Assembly: GCA_046704165.1 (NCBI GenBank)
Contig: JBJKSI010000125.1
Location: 5,672-69,671, forward strand
Source: Candidatus Acidiferrales bacterium
Lineage (GTDB): Bacteria; Acidobacteriota; Terriglobia; Acidiferrales; UBA7541
Reading direction: 5' to 3'
DNA: 64,000 bases
Of the stretch, positions 33,752 to 43,087 are shown one piece after another (the stretch's first letter is position 1; each line of letters begins with the position of its first letter). Below the pieces are notes generated by a model. The model ran no database searches. It was not told where the DNA came from and saw nothing but the letters and a program-made list of their open reading frames with translations. The position numbers were made by a program, and so were the translations under genes.

Positions 33752-34393
33752 ATGGAAGACAAACCGAAAGACAAAGGCCTGCGTTTTGAGCGGCGCGACT
33801 TCCTGAAGTTCATCACCGCCGTGCAGGCGGCAGCGCTGGTTTCCCTCACGCCGTTCGCCGCTCAGGCGGCGCGCGCTATGCCTCCGCAAGCTGCCGCGTC
33901 GCAGGCCGCGGCCGGCGGGCATCCCAAGGCCTTGAATCCCCACGAGTGGCGAACCATCCGCATTCTCTGTAACTGGCTGCTGCCGGCCGACGAGCGCTCG
34001 GGCGGGGCCATCGAAGCCGGCGTGCCGGAGTTTCTCGACGACTGGCTGAACTGGAAACGCGGTGATCTGCTCGACGAGATTCGCGGCGGACTCACCTGGA
34101 TCGACATGGAGAGCAACCGCTCGTTCCAATACGATTTCGCCGATTGCTCCGCCGGGCAGCAGAAACAGATCCTCGACCGGATTGCCTTTCCGAAGAAGGC
34201 GGCTCCGGAAGACGCCAGCGCGGCTGCTTTTTTCAACGATCTGCGCGATCTGGTGGTTAGTGGCTATTTCACCAGCCGGATGGGCATCCGCGAACTCCCC
34301 TACCTGGGCAACCAGCCGCAGTCGGCTTGGCATGGATGCCCAGAGGAAGTGATGGCCAAGCTGGAAGTGGGCAAGTTCAGCCGAAACGCCTGA
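33752..34393 (+). CDS. Gluconate 2-dehydrogenase subunit-3-family small Tat subunit
   Basis: ATG 33752. Tat signal RFERRDFLKFITAVQAAALV. NPHEWRTIRILCNWLLPADERSGGAIEAGVPEFLD is typical of the small partner of membrane-associated GMC dehydrogenases. Confidence 0.7.
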   Translation: MEDKPKDKGLRFERRDFLKFITAVQAAALVSLTPFAAQAARAMPPQAAASQAAAGGHPKALNPHEWRTIRILCNWLLPADERSGGAIEAGVPEFLDDWLNWKRGDLLDEIRGGLTWIDMESNRSFQYDFADCSAGQQKQILDRIAFPKKAAPEDASAAAFFNDLRDLVVSGYFTSRMGIRELPYLGNQPQSAWHGCPEEVMAKLEVGKFSRNA

Positions 34394-34520
34394 GCGACCC
34401 GACCGGCGTTTTGCTCCTGGTGAAGATCTTGTAGCGGCGGGCTTCAGCCACCAGTCTTTCTCCGCTCTCACTGCCTCTTTGCCACCCTGAATCACGGCAC
34501 CACGCAGGGTGCGGTTGCGG

Positions 34521-37148
34521 CTATTCGTAGCGCAGCGAGGATGCGGGGTCGAGTTTCGACGCGCGGCGAGCGGGCAGGTAGCAAGCCAGCAATGCTGTCA
34601 GTAGAATTGCGGCTGCGGCTGCGGCGTAGCTCAGCGGATCGGTGGGACGAATGTGGTAGAGGTAGCTTCGGAGCACGCGCGTCACGCCCCAGGCTCCGCC
34701 GAGTCCCAAGGCCAGTCCCACCACGGTCGCCAGCGCCCCTTGCCGAAGAACCATGCCGAGCACGTTTTCGCGTTGTGCGCCGAGCGCGAGGCGCACGCCG
34801 ATTTCGTGAGTCCGCTGTCCCGCCCAGAACGCCACCACCCCGTAAACGCCGATCAACGCCAGCAACAGCGCCAAACCGGAGTAGACGGCGAGCAGTAGCG
34901 TCCGAAACAGCGGCGCGACTTCGTTGCTCCAGACGTTCCGCTCCATCGTGGTGGCCGAGTACAGTAACTGGCTGCTGTCCACGCTCCAGATGGCCCGGCG
35001 GATCGCCGGCTCAACGCTAGCCGGCGCCACACGCGTTTTCACAAGCAGAAAGGCTGAAGATGGACCTGGCATGGCTGGCATGGAGGCAGGCGGAAGCTGA
35101 TCGAAGGGCAAATAGACTTCCGGTTGCACCGGTTGACCAAAGAATGATCGGGTGTCACCCACCACGCCGACGATTCGCCACGGTCCCGCGGCCCGCTTCA
35201 TCAGGAAGCTGACTTCGTGGCCCAAGGGATTTTCGTGCGGCCAATACCGCCGCGCCATGGCTTGATTGACCACGGCTACCTTGGCCGAGGACTGGCTATC
35301 CTGCCGGTCGAAGACCCTGCCCTTGATCAGCGGAATTTTCAGCGTGTGGAAATAGCCGGGGCTTGGCGTTGCAAGTTGCAGACCGACCCGTTTGCTTTTG
35401 ACCACGCCGATGGCAAAAGTGCCGCCCGTGAAAGGAACGCTACTCGTGACGGCGGCAGCCGAGACGCCCCTCACGGCACGGATTTTCTCCAGCACTTGGC
35501 CGAAGAAGGCGGCTTGCGCAGCTGCTGCACTGTGACGCCGAGATGACGGGATAGTGATTTCGACGACGTTGTGCGGGTCAAACCCCAGGCTGCGACCGGT
35601 GAGCCGGTAAAAGCTGCGGAGGAAAAGTGCCGAGCCGACCAGTAGGACCGTGGCCAGAGCGACTTCTACGGTAACCAGGACGAAGCGTAGCCGTTCTCGC
35701 CGCATTTGTCCGAAAACGCCCATGCCCGGCACTCCCTCTTTCAGCCAGGCGTTCAAATCGAGCTTCGAGGCTTCAAAGCTGGGCAGCAGGCCGGCGAGCA
35801 GGCCTGCGAGAAGCGCCAGAGAAAGAGTGAAGCAGAAGACCCGTGCGTCGATTCCCAGATGGCCGGTGCGGGGCAGCAGCGAGGCCGCTGACTGGCGCAC
35901 GAAGCCAATTGCCCAGAAGGCCCCGGCAAGTCCCAAGGCGCCGCCTCCAAGCGCCAACAGCAGGCTCTCGGCTAACAGCAGGCGGACGATGCGCCGGCGC
36001 GTGGCGCCGAGCGTCAGTCGGATGGCGATTTCCTTTTGCCTCCGCATGCCACGCGCCACCAGCAGCCCGGCGATATTCGCGCAGGCGATCAGCAGTACGA
36101 ACCCGGCCGCGCCGAGCAACGCCAGCAGCAGGGCGCGCTCACTGCCGACCATCTGGTCGAGCAGGCCGATGGCCTGCAGTCCGAAGCCGCGCTCGCGTGG
36201 GTATTGCTCACCCACCAGTTCCGCAACCGAGCGCAAGCCGGCTTGCGCCTGAGCGATGGTGACGCCGGGTTTGAGCCGAGCGATCATCGTGAGGTCATGG
36301 TTCAGCGCGGCTTGGCCGGTGGAACGCAGCTTCAATGGCAGCCAGACGTCAACGCCGGGATAGTCGAAGCCTCTGGGCATGACGCCGATGACGGTGTAGA
36401 CGTTCTCATCGAGCGTGATCGTCTTTTCCAACACGTTGCGCTTGCCGCCGAAATTGCTTTGCCAAAAGGTATGGCTGAGGATCGCCACATGGGCGCCCGT
36501 TTGTTCGTCCTGGGCAGTGAAACCACGGCCCAGCACCGGCTGCACTTGAAAGAGGGGGAAGAGACTGGCGGTGATTTTTGCCGCGGGAATGCCCTCAGCC
36601 TTTCCGGCCGTAGCGAAAGTCGGGAAGGAGAAATGGAAAAGAGCCACCTGCTGAAAACTGCGAGCCCTGGCCCGTGTCACGAAGTAGTCGGCGGGCGCGG
36701 GGGCGATTTCCGAGGAGCCGCTCTTTTGCGTGACCCAGATATTGACCAATTGTCCGGAATGAGTATAGGGCAGGGGGCGCAGCAGAATGCCGTTCACCAG
36801 GCTGAACATCGTGGTGTTTGCGCCGACGCCCAGGGCCAAGGTAATGATCGCTATGGCGGCGAAGCCGGGAGATCGGTGCAGCAGACGCAAGCCAATGCGG
36901 AAGTCCTGGATGAGCGTTTCGAGGAAATTCGTGCCGATGGCTTCGCGACATTCCTGCTTGAAGCGCTCGACGCCGCCGAATTCGATGCGGGCGCGGCGCT
37001 CGGCCTCGGCGCGCGGTAGCCCGGAACGTTCGAGGTCGTCGGCGCGGCTGGCAATGTGCGCGCGCAGTTCCTCGTCCATCTCGGCGTCCAGGCGCGAACG
37101 GCGGAAGAGCGCCGAGGCAATCGTGCGGAGGAATGCCAGCGGCCTCAT
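34521..37148 (-). CDS. ADOP-family duplicated MacB/FtsX-type permease
   Basis: Start ATG 37148 overlaps the PadR stop (ATGA). N-terminus ...EMDEELRAHIASRADDLERSGLPRAEAERRARIEFGG...LIQDFRIGLRLLHRSPGFAAIAIITLALGVGANTTMFSLVNGILLRPLPY, followed by two MacB_PCD plus FtsX halves. The track ORF to 37292 over-extends. Confidence 0.85.
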   Translation of the reverse strand: MRPLAFLRTIASALFRRSRLDAEMDEELRAHIASRADDLERSGLPRAEAERRARIEFGGVERFKQECREAIGTNFLETLIQDFRIGLRLLHRSPGFAAIAIITLALGVGANTTMFSLVNGILLRPLPYTHSGQLVNIWVTQKSGSSEIAPAPADYFVTRARARSFQQVALFHFSFPTFATAGKAEGIPAAKITASLFPLFQVQPVLGRGFTAQDEQTGAHVAILSHTFWQSNFGGKRNVLEKTITLDENVYTVIGVMPRGFDYPGVDVWLPLKLRSTGQAALNHDLTMIARLKPGVTIAQAQAGLRSVAELVGEQYPRERGFGLQAIGLLDQMVGSERALLLALLGAAGFVLLIACANIAGLLVARGMRRQKEIAIRLTLGATRRRIVRLLLAESLLLALGGGALGLAGAFWAIGFVRQSAASLLPRTGHLGIDARVFCFTLSLALLAGLLAGLLPSFEASKLDLNAWLKEGVPGMGVFGQMRRERLRFVLVTVEVALATVLLVGSALFLRSFYRLTGRSLGFDPHNVVEITIPSSRRHSAAAAQAAFFGQVLEKIRAVRGVSAAAVTSSVPFTGGTFAIGVVKSKRVGLQLATPSPGYFHTLKIPLIKGRVFDRQDSQSSAKVAVVNQAMARRYWPHENPLGHEVSFLMKRAAGPWRIVGVVGDTRSFFGQPVQPEVYLPFDQLPPASMPAMPGPSSAFLLVKTRVAPASVEPAIRRAIWSVDSSQLLYSATTMERNVWSNEVAPLFRTLLLAVYSGLALLLALIGVYGVVAFWAGQRTHEIGVRLALGAQRENVLGMVLRQGALATVVGLALGLGGAWGVTRVLRSYLYHIRPTDPLSYAAAAAAILLTALLACYLPARRASKLDPASSLRYE

Positions 37149-37486
37149 TCCTCCTCCGGTTGTGCTCTCAGCGCCGCGGCCATGGCGGTGGCCAGGCGGT
37201 TCCAACCCGCCTGTTCCTCGCGCAGGCGCTTCCGGCCGGCCGCGGTCAGCTCGTAGAACTTGGCGCGGCGGTTGTTTTCCGACGTGCCCCACTTCGTCTT
37301 GAGCAGTCCCTGCCGCACCAGGCGAAACAGGGCGGGATAGAGCGCGCCCTGCTCGATCAACAGCGCGCCGCCCGAGATCTGGCCGATGCGGACGAGGATG
37401 CCGTAGCCGTGGAGCGGGCTGAGCGAGACGGCCTTGAGAATGAGCAGGTCAAGCGTGCCGGGCAGAACGCGGGATTGCGGTGCCAC
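37145..37486 (-). CDS. PadR-family transcriptional regulator
   Basis: 113 aa with a GTG start after AGGAGG. LDLLILKAVSLSPLHGYGILVRIGQISGGALLIEQGALYPALFRLVRQGLLKTKWGTSENNRRAKFYELTAAGRKRL. Confidence 0.9.
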   Translation of the reverse strand: MAPQSRVLPGTLDLLILKAVSLSPLHGYGILVRIGQISGGALLIEQGALYPALFRLVRQGLLKTKWGTSENNRRAKFYELTAAGRKRLREEQAGWNRLATAMAAALRAQPEEE

Positions 37487-37491
37487 GATTC

Positions 37492-37510
37492 CTCCTAAGC
37501 GTGTTAGGAG
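37492..37510 (-). promoter_or_regulatory. Inverted repeat overlapping the PadR Shine-Dalgarno sequence
   Basis: CTCCTAA-GCGTG-TTAGGAG (7-bp arms). The minus-strand transcript would read CUCCUAACACGCUUAGGAGGAAUC-GUG, so the 3' arm contains the SD. It is either a PadR operator or an SD-sequestering hairpin. Confidence 0.3.
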
Positions 37511-37627
37511 AATAGTGCTGCTCCCTTAAGCAGTCAAGGGGTAAATTGGCGCCGAACGAGAAAGGCACTCGGCCAAGGGAGACTTCGGTGCAGGAATCGA
37601 GGGGGCAGTACGGGCCGGAATGGATCT

Positions 37628-37680
37628 GCGGGCGGCTTACTCGTGGCACAGGGGGGATTGTGCCACGGGCAGCCGCCCGC
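37628..37680 (-). terminator. Nested stem-loop downstream of the SDR gene
   Basis: Outer stem GCGGGCGGCT / AGCCGCCCGC (37628-37637 / 37671-37680) encloses inner stem GTGGCACA / TGTGCCAC (37643-37650 / 37659-37666). It starts 12 nt beyond the stop at 37692. No U-tract. Confidence 0.45.
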
Positions 37681-37691
37681 AAAGGATTCGG

Positions 37692-38483
37692 CTAGACCAC
37701 TGAGCGGATCAAGCCGCCGTCCACCTGGAGCGTGGCTCCGGTGATGTAGGAAGCTGCGTCGGAGAAGAGAAACGCGACGGCACGTGCCAGTTCCGCCGGC
37801 TCGCCGTAGCGACCGAGCGGAATCCTGGCGAGCTGCCGGCGGCGCTGCTCCTCGACGGGGATGCCAAGGCGTTTGCCGGCGGCCAGGTCGAGTTGCGCCA
37901 CGCGCTCGGTGGCAATCCGGCCAGGCACCAACTGGTTTACGCGAATTTTCTTCGGCGCCAGCTCGTCGGCGAGCGTCTTGGCCAGCGCGGAGACCGAGCC
38001 GCGGACCACGTTCGAGAGGCCAAGATTGGCGATGGGCTGTTTGATCGAGGAAGAAGTGGGGATCACGATGCTTCCTCCACCGCGCTCGGCCATCACGGGC
38101 ACTGCCAGACGGACCATGCGGACCACGCTGAGCAGCAGCAACTCGAAGGCCTTCTGCCAGGAGGCGTCGTCAAACACGTGGGCTTCGCCCGGAGGAGGGC
38201 CGCCGGCGTTCGGATAGAGCAGATCGACGCCGCCGAACGTGCTGACAGTCTGTTTATGCCAGCGCTCGAGCGCTTCGGCCGAGCGGATGTCGGCGGCTAT
38301 GGCGCAGACGCTGGCGCCGGTTTCACGCTCCAACTTCTGTCCCGCTTCGCGAATCGCGGCTTCGTCCAGATCGGAAATGGACACCTGGCACCCCTCGGCA
38401 GCCAGTTCCCGCGCCACGGCGTTGCCCAACCCGCGGGCGGCGCCGGAAACCATGGCGACTTTTCCCTTCAGATGGAGATCCAT
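37692..38483 (-). CDS. Short-chain dehydrogenase/reductase (SDR)
   Basis: 263 aa. KGKVAMVSGAARGLGNAVARELAAEG (TGxxxGxG-type motif), NAGG, and a C-terminal ITGATLQVDGG tail. Confidence 0.9.
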   Translation of the reverse strand: MDLHLKGKVAMVSGAARGLGNAVARELAAEGCQVSISDLDEAAIREAGQKLERETGASVCAIAADIRSAEALERWHKQTVSTFGGVDLLYPNAGGPPPGEAHVFDDASWQKAFELLLLSVVRMVRLAVPVMAERGGGSIVIPTSSSIKQPIANLGLSNVVRGSVSALAKTLADELAPKKIRVNQLVPGRIATERVAQLDLAAGKRLGIPVEEQRRRQLARIPLGRYGEPAELARAVAFLFSDAASYITGATLQVDGGLIRSVV

Positions 38484-39418
38484 GTGTCCTCCTTGTATTC
38501 GCGGCGGAGCCAGCCGAGCAGGCTGTCGAGCGCGGCGATGGTGGCGGGATCGGGTTTGGCACCCGGCGCGCGGATGGTCGCGTCGGTAATCGCGCCACGG
38601 CGGTGCAACACTTCCTTGCGAAGCGCGACACCGAGTACCTGCTGGAATTCAAAGCGCATGAGCGGGACGTAACGGTAGAAGACGCCGGCGGCTTCCTCGG
38701 TCTTTCCCGCCTGGTAGAGCTTCACCACGCGGACGAGAATTTCCGGATAGGCGAAGCCAGTCATCGTCCCGGAAGCGCCGGAGATCAGTTCCTCGAGGAG
38801 GAAAACACCGCCCAATCCACCGAGAATCTGGAGGCCCGAACCGGCGGCGGCCAGGATCTTCGCGGTCTTAAAGGGTGTCGGTGGATCTTCGAGCTTAATG
38901 GCGCGCGCGTTGGGCACTTCCTTGGCGATGCGCGCCAGGATGGCCGGCTCGATGGTGAAGCCCTGCACCGGCGGATAGTCCTGCACGACGATCGGGATGT
39001 CCACGGCCGAGCCCAGCCCGGCGTAGAAGGCGGTAATGGCGTCGGAGGAAGGCTGAGCGAGCCTCGGCGGGCTCACCATCACGGCCGAGGCACCGGCGGC
39101 CTTCGCGGCGCGGCTGTATTCGATGGTGGTGCGCAGGCCGTTGGAACTGGCGCCCGCAACCACCGGCACGCGGCCGTTGGTGCGGCGGACGACGGCTTCG
39201 AGCACCGCCGAGCGCTCTTTTTCGTTGAGCCGGGCGACTTCGGACGTGACGCCAAGCGTGGTCAGGCCGTTGACACCGGCGGACAAATATAAGTTAATGA
39301 CGCGGCCGAGACTGTCGAGGTCTAGCTCTCCCGAGGCATCGAATGGGGTGGGTAGTACGGAAAACACGCCACGAAATTCGGGTGCCGAGGACGAACCGAT
39401 TGAAGACGAGGATTGCAT
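38468..39418 (-). CDS. Dihydrodipicolinate-synthase-family (DHDPS/NAL-type) lyase
   Basis: ATG 39418 follows GAGGGAGGAA. FRGVFSVLPTPFDASGELDLDSLGRVINLYLSAGVNGLTTLGVTSEVARLNEKER...VVAGASSNGLRTTIEYSRAAKAAGASAVMVSPP. It overlaps the SDR start by 16 nt. Confidence 0.85.
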   Translation of the reverse strand: MQSSSSIGSSSAPEFRGVFSVLPTPFDASGELDLDSLGRVINLYLSAGVNGLTTLGVTSEVARLNEKERSAVLEAVVRRTNGRVPVVAGASSNGLRTTIEYSRAAKAAGASAVMVSPPRLAQPSSDAITAFYAGLGSAVDIPIVVQDYPPVQGFTIEPAILARIAKEVPNARAIKLEDPPTPFKTAKILAAAGSGLQILGGLGGVFLLEELISGASGTMTGFAYPEILVRVVKLYQAGKTEEAAGVFYRYVPLMRFEFQQVLGVALRKEVLHRRGAITDATIRAPGAKPDPATIAALDSLLGWLRREYKEDTWISI

Positions 39419-39468
39419 TTGCGAGTTCCTCCCTCTAAAATCCGCAATTGTATACAAAAAGGAGACCC

Positions 39469-40257
39469 GTGAAAAGCGGTCCTTCGCTCCCAGCTTCTTC
39501 GCGGCGCCAAAGCGGACCCGGCCCAAGGAACACGCCGAGGCCGGGCCAGTCATCCAGGCTCCCTGCCGGGAACCATGAACGCAGCGTCGACGTTGCCTAC
39601 CGCAAGTTGCGCGAGCTGATCGTGCGTGGCCGGCTGGCGCCGGGCACGCGGCTGGTCGAGGCTGATATTGCCGAGCGCCTGGAGGTCAGCCGCACTCCAG
39701 TGCGCAGTGCACTGCACCGGCTGCAGCAGGAGGGCTACGTCATCGCCGTCCGCAGCGCGCGGCAATCGCGGCTGGCGGTGGCCCCGCTGACCAAGGAGGA
39801 CGCCCGCGAGCTCTATTGGATCGTTGGCCATATCGAGGGGCTGGCCGGGAGGCTGCTCGCCCAGCTTGATCAGGAGAAGCGGGAGAGCGTGATCGAGCAG
39901 CTGCGGGCCATGAACCGGGAGCTCTCGGAGCTGGCGACGACGAGGCACGGCGATCCCAGCCGAATTTTCGAGCTCGACATGGGCTTTCATCGCGTGCTGG
40001 TGGAATCGGCGGCCGGACCGCGGCTGCTGGCGATCCACGCGGCGATCAAGCCCCAGACCGAGCGCTATTGGCGTCTTTACGCCAGCGCCATCATCGACGA
40101 CCTGGGCCAGTCGGTGAACGAACACGTGGCGATCATTGAAAGCATCGCCAGCGGCGATCCCGACGCGGCCGAGCAGGCCATCCGAACCAACTGGCTGGAC
40201 GGCGCCGAGCGACTGGCCCGCGTGATCGACAGCCTGGGCGAACGCGGCAGTTGGTAG
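39469..40257 (+). CDS. GntR-family regulator with FCD (FadR C-terminal) domain
   Basis: GTG 39469 lies about 5 nt after AAGGAG. HTH YRKLRELIVRGRLAPGTRLVEADIAERLEVSRTPVRSALHRLQQEGYV. FCD-like helices with HRVLVES...EHVAIIESIASGDPDAAEQAI. It is divergent from the DHDPS-like gene. Confidence 0.8.
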   Translation: MKSGPSLPASSRRQSGPGPRNTPRPGQSSRLPAGNHERSVDVAYRKLRELIVRGRLAPGTRLVEADIAERLEVSRTPVRSALHRLQQEGYVIAVRSARQSRLAVAPLTKEDARELYWIVGHIEGLAGRLLAQLDQEKRESVIEQLRAMNRELSELATTRHGDPSRIFELDMGFHRVLVESAAGPRLLAIHAAIKPQTERYWRLYASAIIDDLGQSVNEHVAIIESIASGDPDAAEQAIRTNWLDGAERLARVIDSLGERGSW

Positions 40258-40403
40258 CCGGAACGGGTTTCAGATACAGCGGAAGGCCGCCGGCATGGCC
40301 GGACGGCAACAGGAAGGGAAGAGACAAAAAGGATGTGTGGGCTCCGCTCAGCGCGGCACAGCAGTAGCAGCGAACTAAAAATTCTCTATGGATAGGACTC
40401 CTC

Positions 40404-41327
40404 ATGGGTGTAATGCGAACCATTCTGTTGAAGGGTGCGGAAAACCGGTGGCTGCGCGAGCGTGCTTCCCATTATCGTTTTGTTCAGCGGGCGCTGCGGC
40501 GGTTCATGCCGGGCGAACGGCTTGAAGACGCAATCGAGGCGGCACGCCTGTTGCGCGAACAGGGCCTCAACACGATTTTTACCCGGCTCGGCGAGAACCT
40601 CACCGAGCGATCCCAGGCCACCGACGTGGTCAATCATTATGTCGACGTGCTCCATCGCATCGCAGCACTCAATCTGCCCGCGGTGATCTCCATCAAGCTC
40701 ACCCAGCTCGGCCTGGATATGGACCGGGAATTCTGTTTCCAGAACCTCTGCCAGTTGATCGAAGCGGCGCCCAATGGGGACATCGTCTGGGTCGACATGG
40801 AATCCAGCTCTTATGTCGACGTCACGCTCGACATCTATCGCCGCGCTCGTGCGAAATACGAAAACGTCGGTGTCTGCCTGCAGGCCTACCTCTACCGCAC
40901 CGCCAAGGACATGGAATCGCTGCTGCCGCTTGGACCGGGCATACGCTTGGTGAAGGGCGCCTACAACGAACCGCCCGAGATCGCGTTTCCTGTGAAGAGC
41001 GACGTGGATGACAACTATTTCAAATTGGCCTCGACCATGCTGAGCCCGAAGGCGCAACAGGCGGGCATGCGCGCGGTAATCGGCACGCACGATCGTGACC
41101 TGATCCATCGCATCCAGGCGGTGGCGAAGCAGAACGGCTTGGCGAAGGACAGTTTCCAGTTCCACATGCTCTACGGGATTCAGCGTGCCGAGCAGCTGCA
41201 GTTGGCCGCTGACGGTTGGCGTGCCGGCATCCTGATTTCCTACGGCAAGGACTGGTTCCCATGGTACATGCGGCGGCTGGCGGAACGGCCGGCGAACCTC
41301 TGGTTCGTTCTGCGCAATATGATTTGA
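40404..41327 (+). CDS. Monofunctional proline dehydrogenase (PutA PRODH-domain family)
   Basis: 307 aa. FMPGERLEDAIEAARLLREQGLNTIFTRLGE, ISIKLTQLG, VWVDMESSSYVDVTLDIY, VCLQAYLYRT, IRLVKGAY, IGTHD, FQFHMLYGI. Confidence 0.85.
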   Translation: MGVMRTILLKGAENRWLRERASHYRFVQRALRRFMPGERLEDAIEAARLLREQGLNTIFTRLGENLTERSQATDVVNHYVDVLHRIAALNLPAVISIKLTQLGLDMDREFCFQNLCQLIEAAPNGDIVWVDMESSSYVDVTLDIYRRARAKYENVGVCLQAYLYRTAKDMESLLPLGPGIRLVKGAYNEPPEIAFPVKSDVDDNYFKLASTMLSPKAQQAGMRAVIGTHDRDLIHRIQAVAKQNGLAKDSFQFHMLYGIQRAEQLQLAADGWRAGILISYGKDWFPWYMRRLAERPANLWFVLRNMI

Positions 41328-41394
41328 TTGGAACGCGGGTGTGGACTGCGGCAGCTTCAGTCGAAAATAGTCACGAAAAGCGAGGACCGCGCGG

Positions 41395-42903
41395 ATGGCG
41401 CAGGAAACTCTAAAGCAGTCGGCGGATGCCCGGAACGAGCAGGGCGAAGGGTTTGTACGCGGTTTGGGGCTGTTCGATTCGGTGATGGTGGTGGTAGGCA
41501 TCATGATCGGGTCGGGCATCTTTATCGTCTCGGCCGACATGGCCCGCAAGATCGGCAGCTCGGGCGGGTTGTTGCTGGCCTGGGTGATCACCGGCGCGCT
41601 GACGATCGCCGCCGCGCTCAGCTATGGCGAACTGGCGTCGATGATTCCTCGCGCCGGCGGGATGTACACCTACCTGACGGAGGCGTACACGCCGCTCTGG
41701 GGATTTCTCTACGGTTGGACGCTTTTCGGCGTGATCCAGACGGGGACAATCGCCGCCGTGGGCGTTGCCTTCGCCCTGTTCACCGGCGTGCTGTGGCCCT
41801 CGATCAGCCAGACGAACTACATCATCGCTCCCATCCACGTCAGCAGCGGTTACGCGTTTTCACTCTCGACGGCGCAGCTGCTGGCGATCATCGTGATCGT
41901 TTTGCTTACCTGGACGAACTGCCGAGGGCTCGAATACGGCAAGATCGTGCAGAACCTGTTCACCGGGGCGAAGACGCTGGCGCTGGTGGGACTGATCGCC
42001 GTTGGCCTGATCTTCGGCTGGAACGCCAAGGCGGTGCACGAGAACTTCACGCACATGTGGCACGTGACTGGCACGGTGCCGCTGTCCGCTGGGTTGAGTG
42101 CGGTGACGGTTTTCGGGCTGTTCGTGGCGCTCTCGATTGCGCAATCCGGGTCGCTCTTCGCCGCTGATTCCTGGCACGACATCACCTTCGCCGCCGACGA
42201 AGTGCGCGACCCGAGGCGCACGCTACCCCGTGCGCTGGCGATCGGCAGCGTGTTGGTCATCGTGCTCTACCTGCTCGCCAACGTTGCCTATCTCGCTGTG
42301 CTTCCGCTGCCCGCGCTGCAACACGCGCCGGGCGACCGGGTGGCCACGGCCATGCTCCGCGCCGTCTTCCCGGCCTACGGCCCCGCGTTGATGGCGATCC
42401 TGATCATGATCTCCACCTTTGGCTGCATCAACGGGCTGGTGCTCGCCGGCGGACGCGCCTATTACGCCATGTCGCGCGACAAGCTGTTCTTCAAGGCGGC
42501 AGGCCGGCTCAACAAGGCGCGCGTGCCGGGCTGGGCGCTGGTGGCGCAGGGCGTATGGGCTGTGTTCCTGGTGTTGCCGCGCACCTACAATCCGCTCACG
42601 CACCAGTACGGCAACCTCTACAGCAACCTGCTCGAATACATTATCTCGTCGGCACTGGTCTTCTACGTACTCACGATTGCCGGCGTTTTCCGGCTGCGGA
42701 AGAAGCGGCCCGACGCCGAGCGGCCGTTCCACGTGCCCGGCTATCCGGTGGTGCCCGCGCTTTACATCGTCGGCGCCTTCATCATTCTGGTGCTGCTGTT
42801 CGCCTATCGGCCGGCGACCACGTGGCCTGGACTCGTCATCACGCTGCTCGGCCTGCCAATCTACCTTCTGTTCCTGCGCAAGCGAGCCACTGGCCGCGCC
42901 TGA
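41395..42903 (+). CDS. APC-superfamily amino-acid permease
   Basis: 502 aa with about 12 TM helices. RGLGLFDSVMVVVGIMIGSGIFIVSADMA and YGELASMIPRAGGMYTYL are typical APC motifs. Confidence 0.85.
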   Translation: MAQETLKQSADARNEQGEGFVRGLGLFDSVMVVVGIMIGSGIFIVSADMARKIGSSGGLLLAWVITGALTIAAALSYGELASMIPRAGGMYTYLTEAYTPLWGFLYGWTLFGVIQTGTIAAVGVAFALFTGVLWPSISQTNYIIAPIHVSSGYAFSLSTAQLLAIIVIVLLTWTNCRGLEYGKIVQNLFTGAKTLALVGLIAVGLIFGWNAKAVHENFTHMWHVTGTVPLSAGLSAVTVFGLFVALSIAQSGSLFAADSWHDITFAADEVRDPRRTLPRALAIGSVLVIVLYLLANVAYLAVLPLPALQHAPGDRVATAMLRAVFPAYGPALMAILIMISTFGCINGLVLAGGRAYYAMSRDKLFFKAAGRLNKARVPGWALVAQGVWAVFLVLPRTYNPLTHQYGNLYSNLLEYIISSALVFYVLTIAGVFRLRKKRPDAERPFHVPGYPVVPALYIVGAFIILVLLFAYRPATTWPGLVITLLGLPIYLLFLRKRATGRA

Positions 42904-43087
42904 GGGCAGGAGACGGCGGACCGCGTTAGGCGGCGATCAACCAGGCAGCTGTGCCTTCGTGTTGAAGGGTGTCTTGCGGCGCCGGGGACACTTCGCTCAG
43001 CGCGACAGCGACGGCGTTTATCGGTGGCCGCTAAGGTTTTCGTGCCGCCTGCTGTTCCCGCTGCCCGCGGAATGGAGGGACTGTCCA

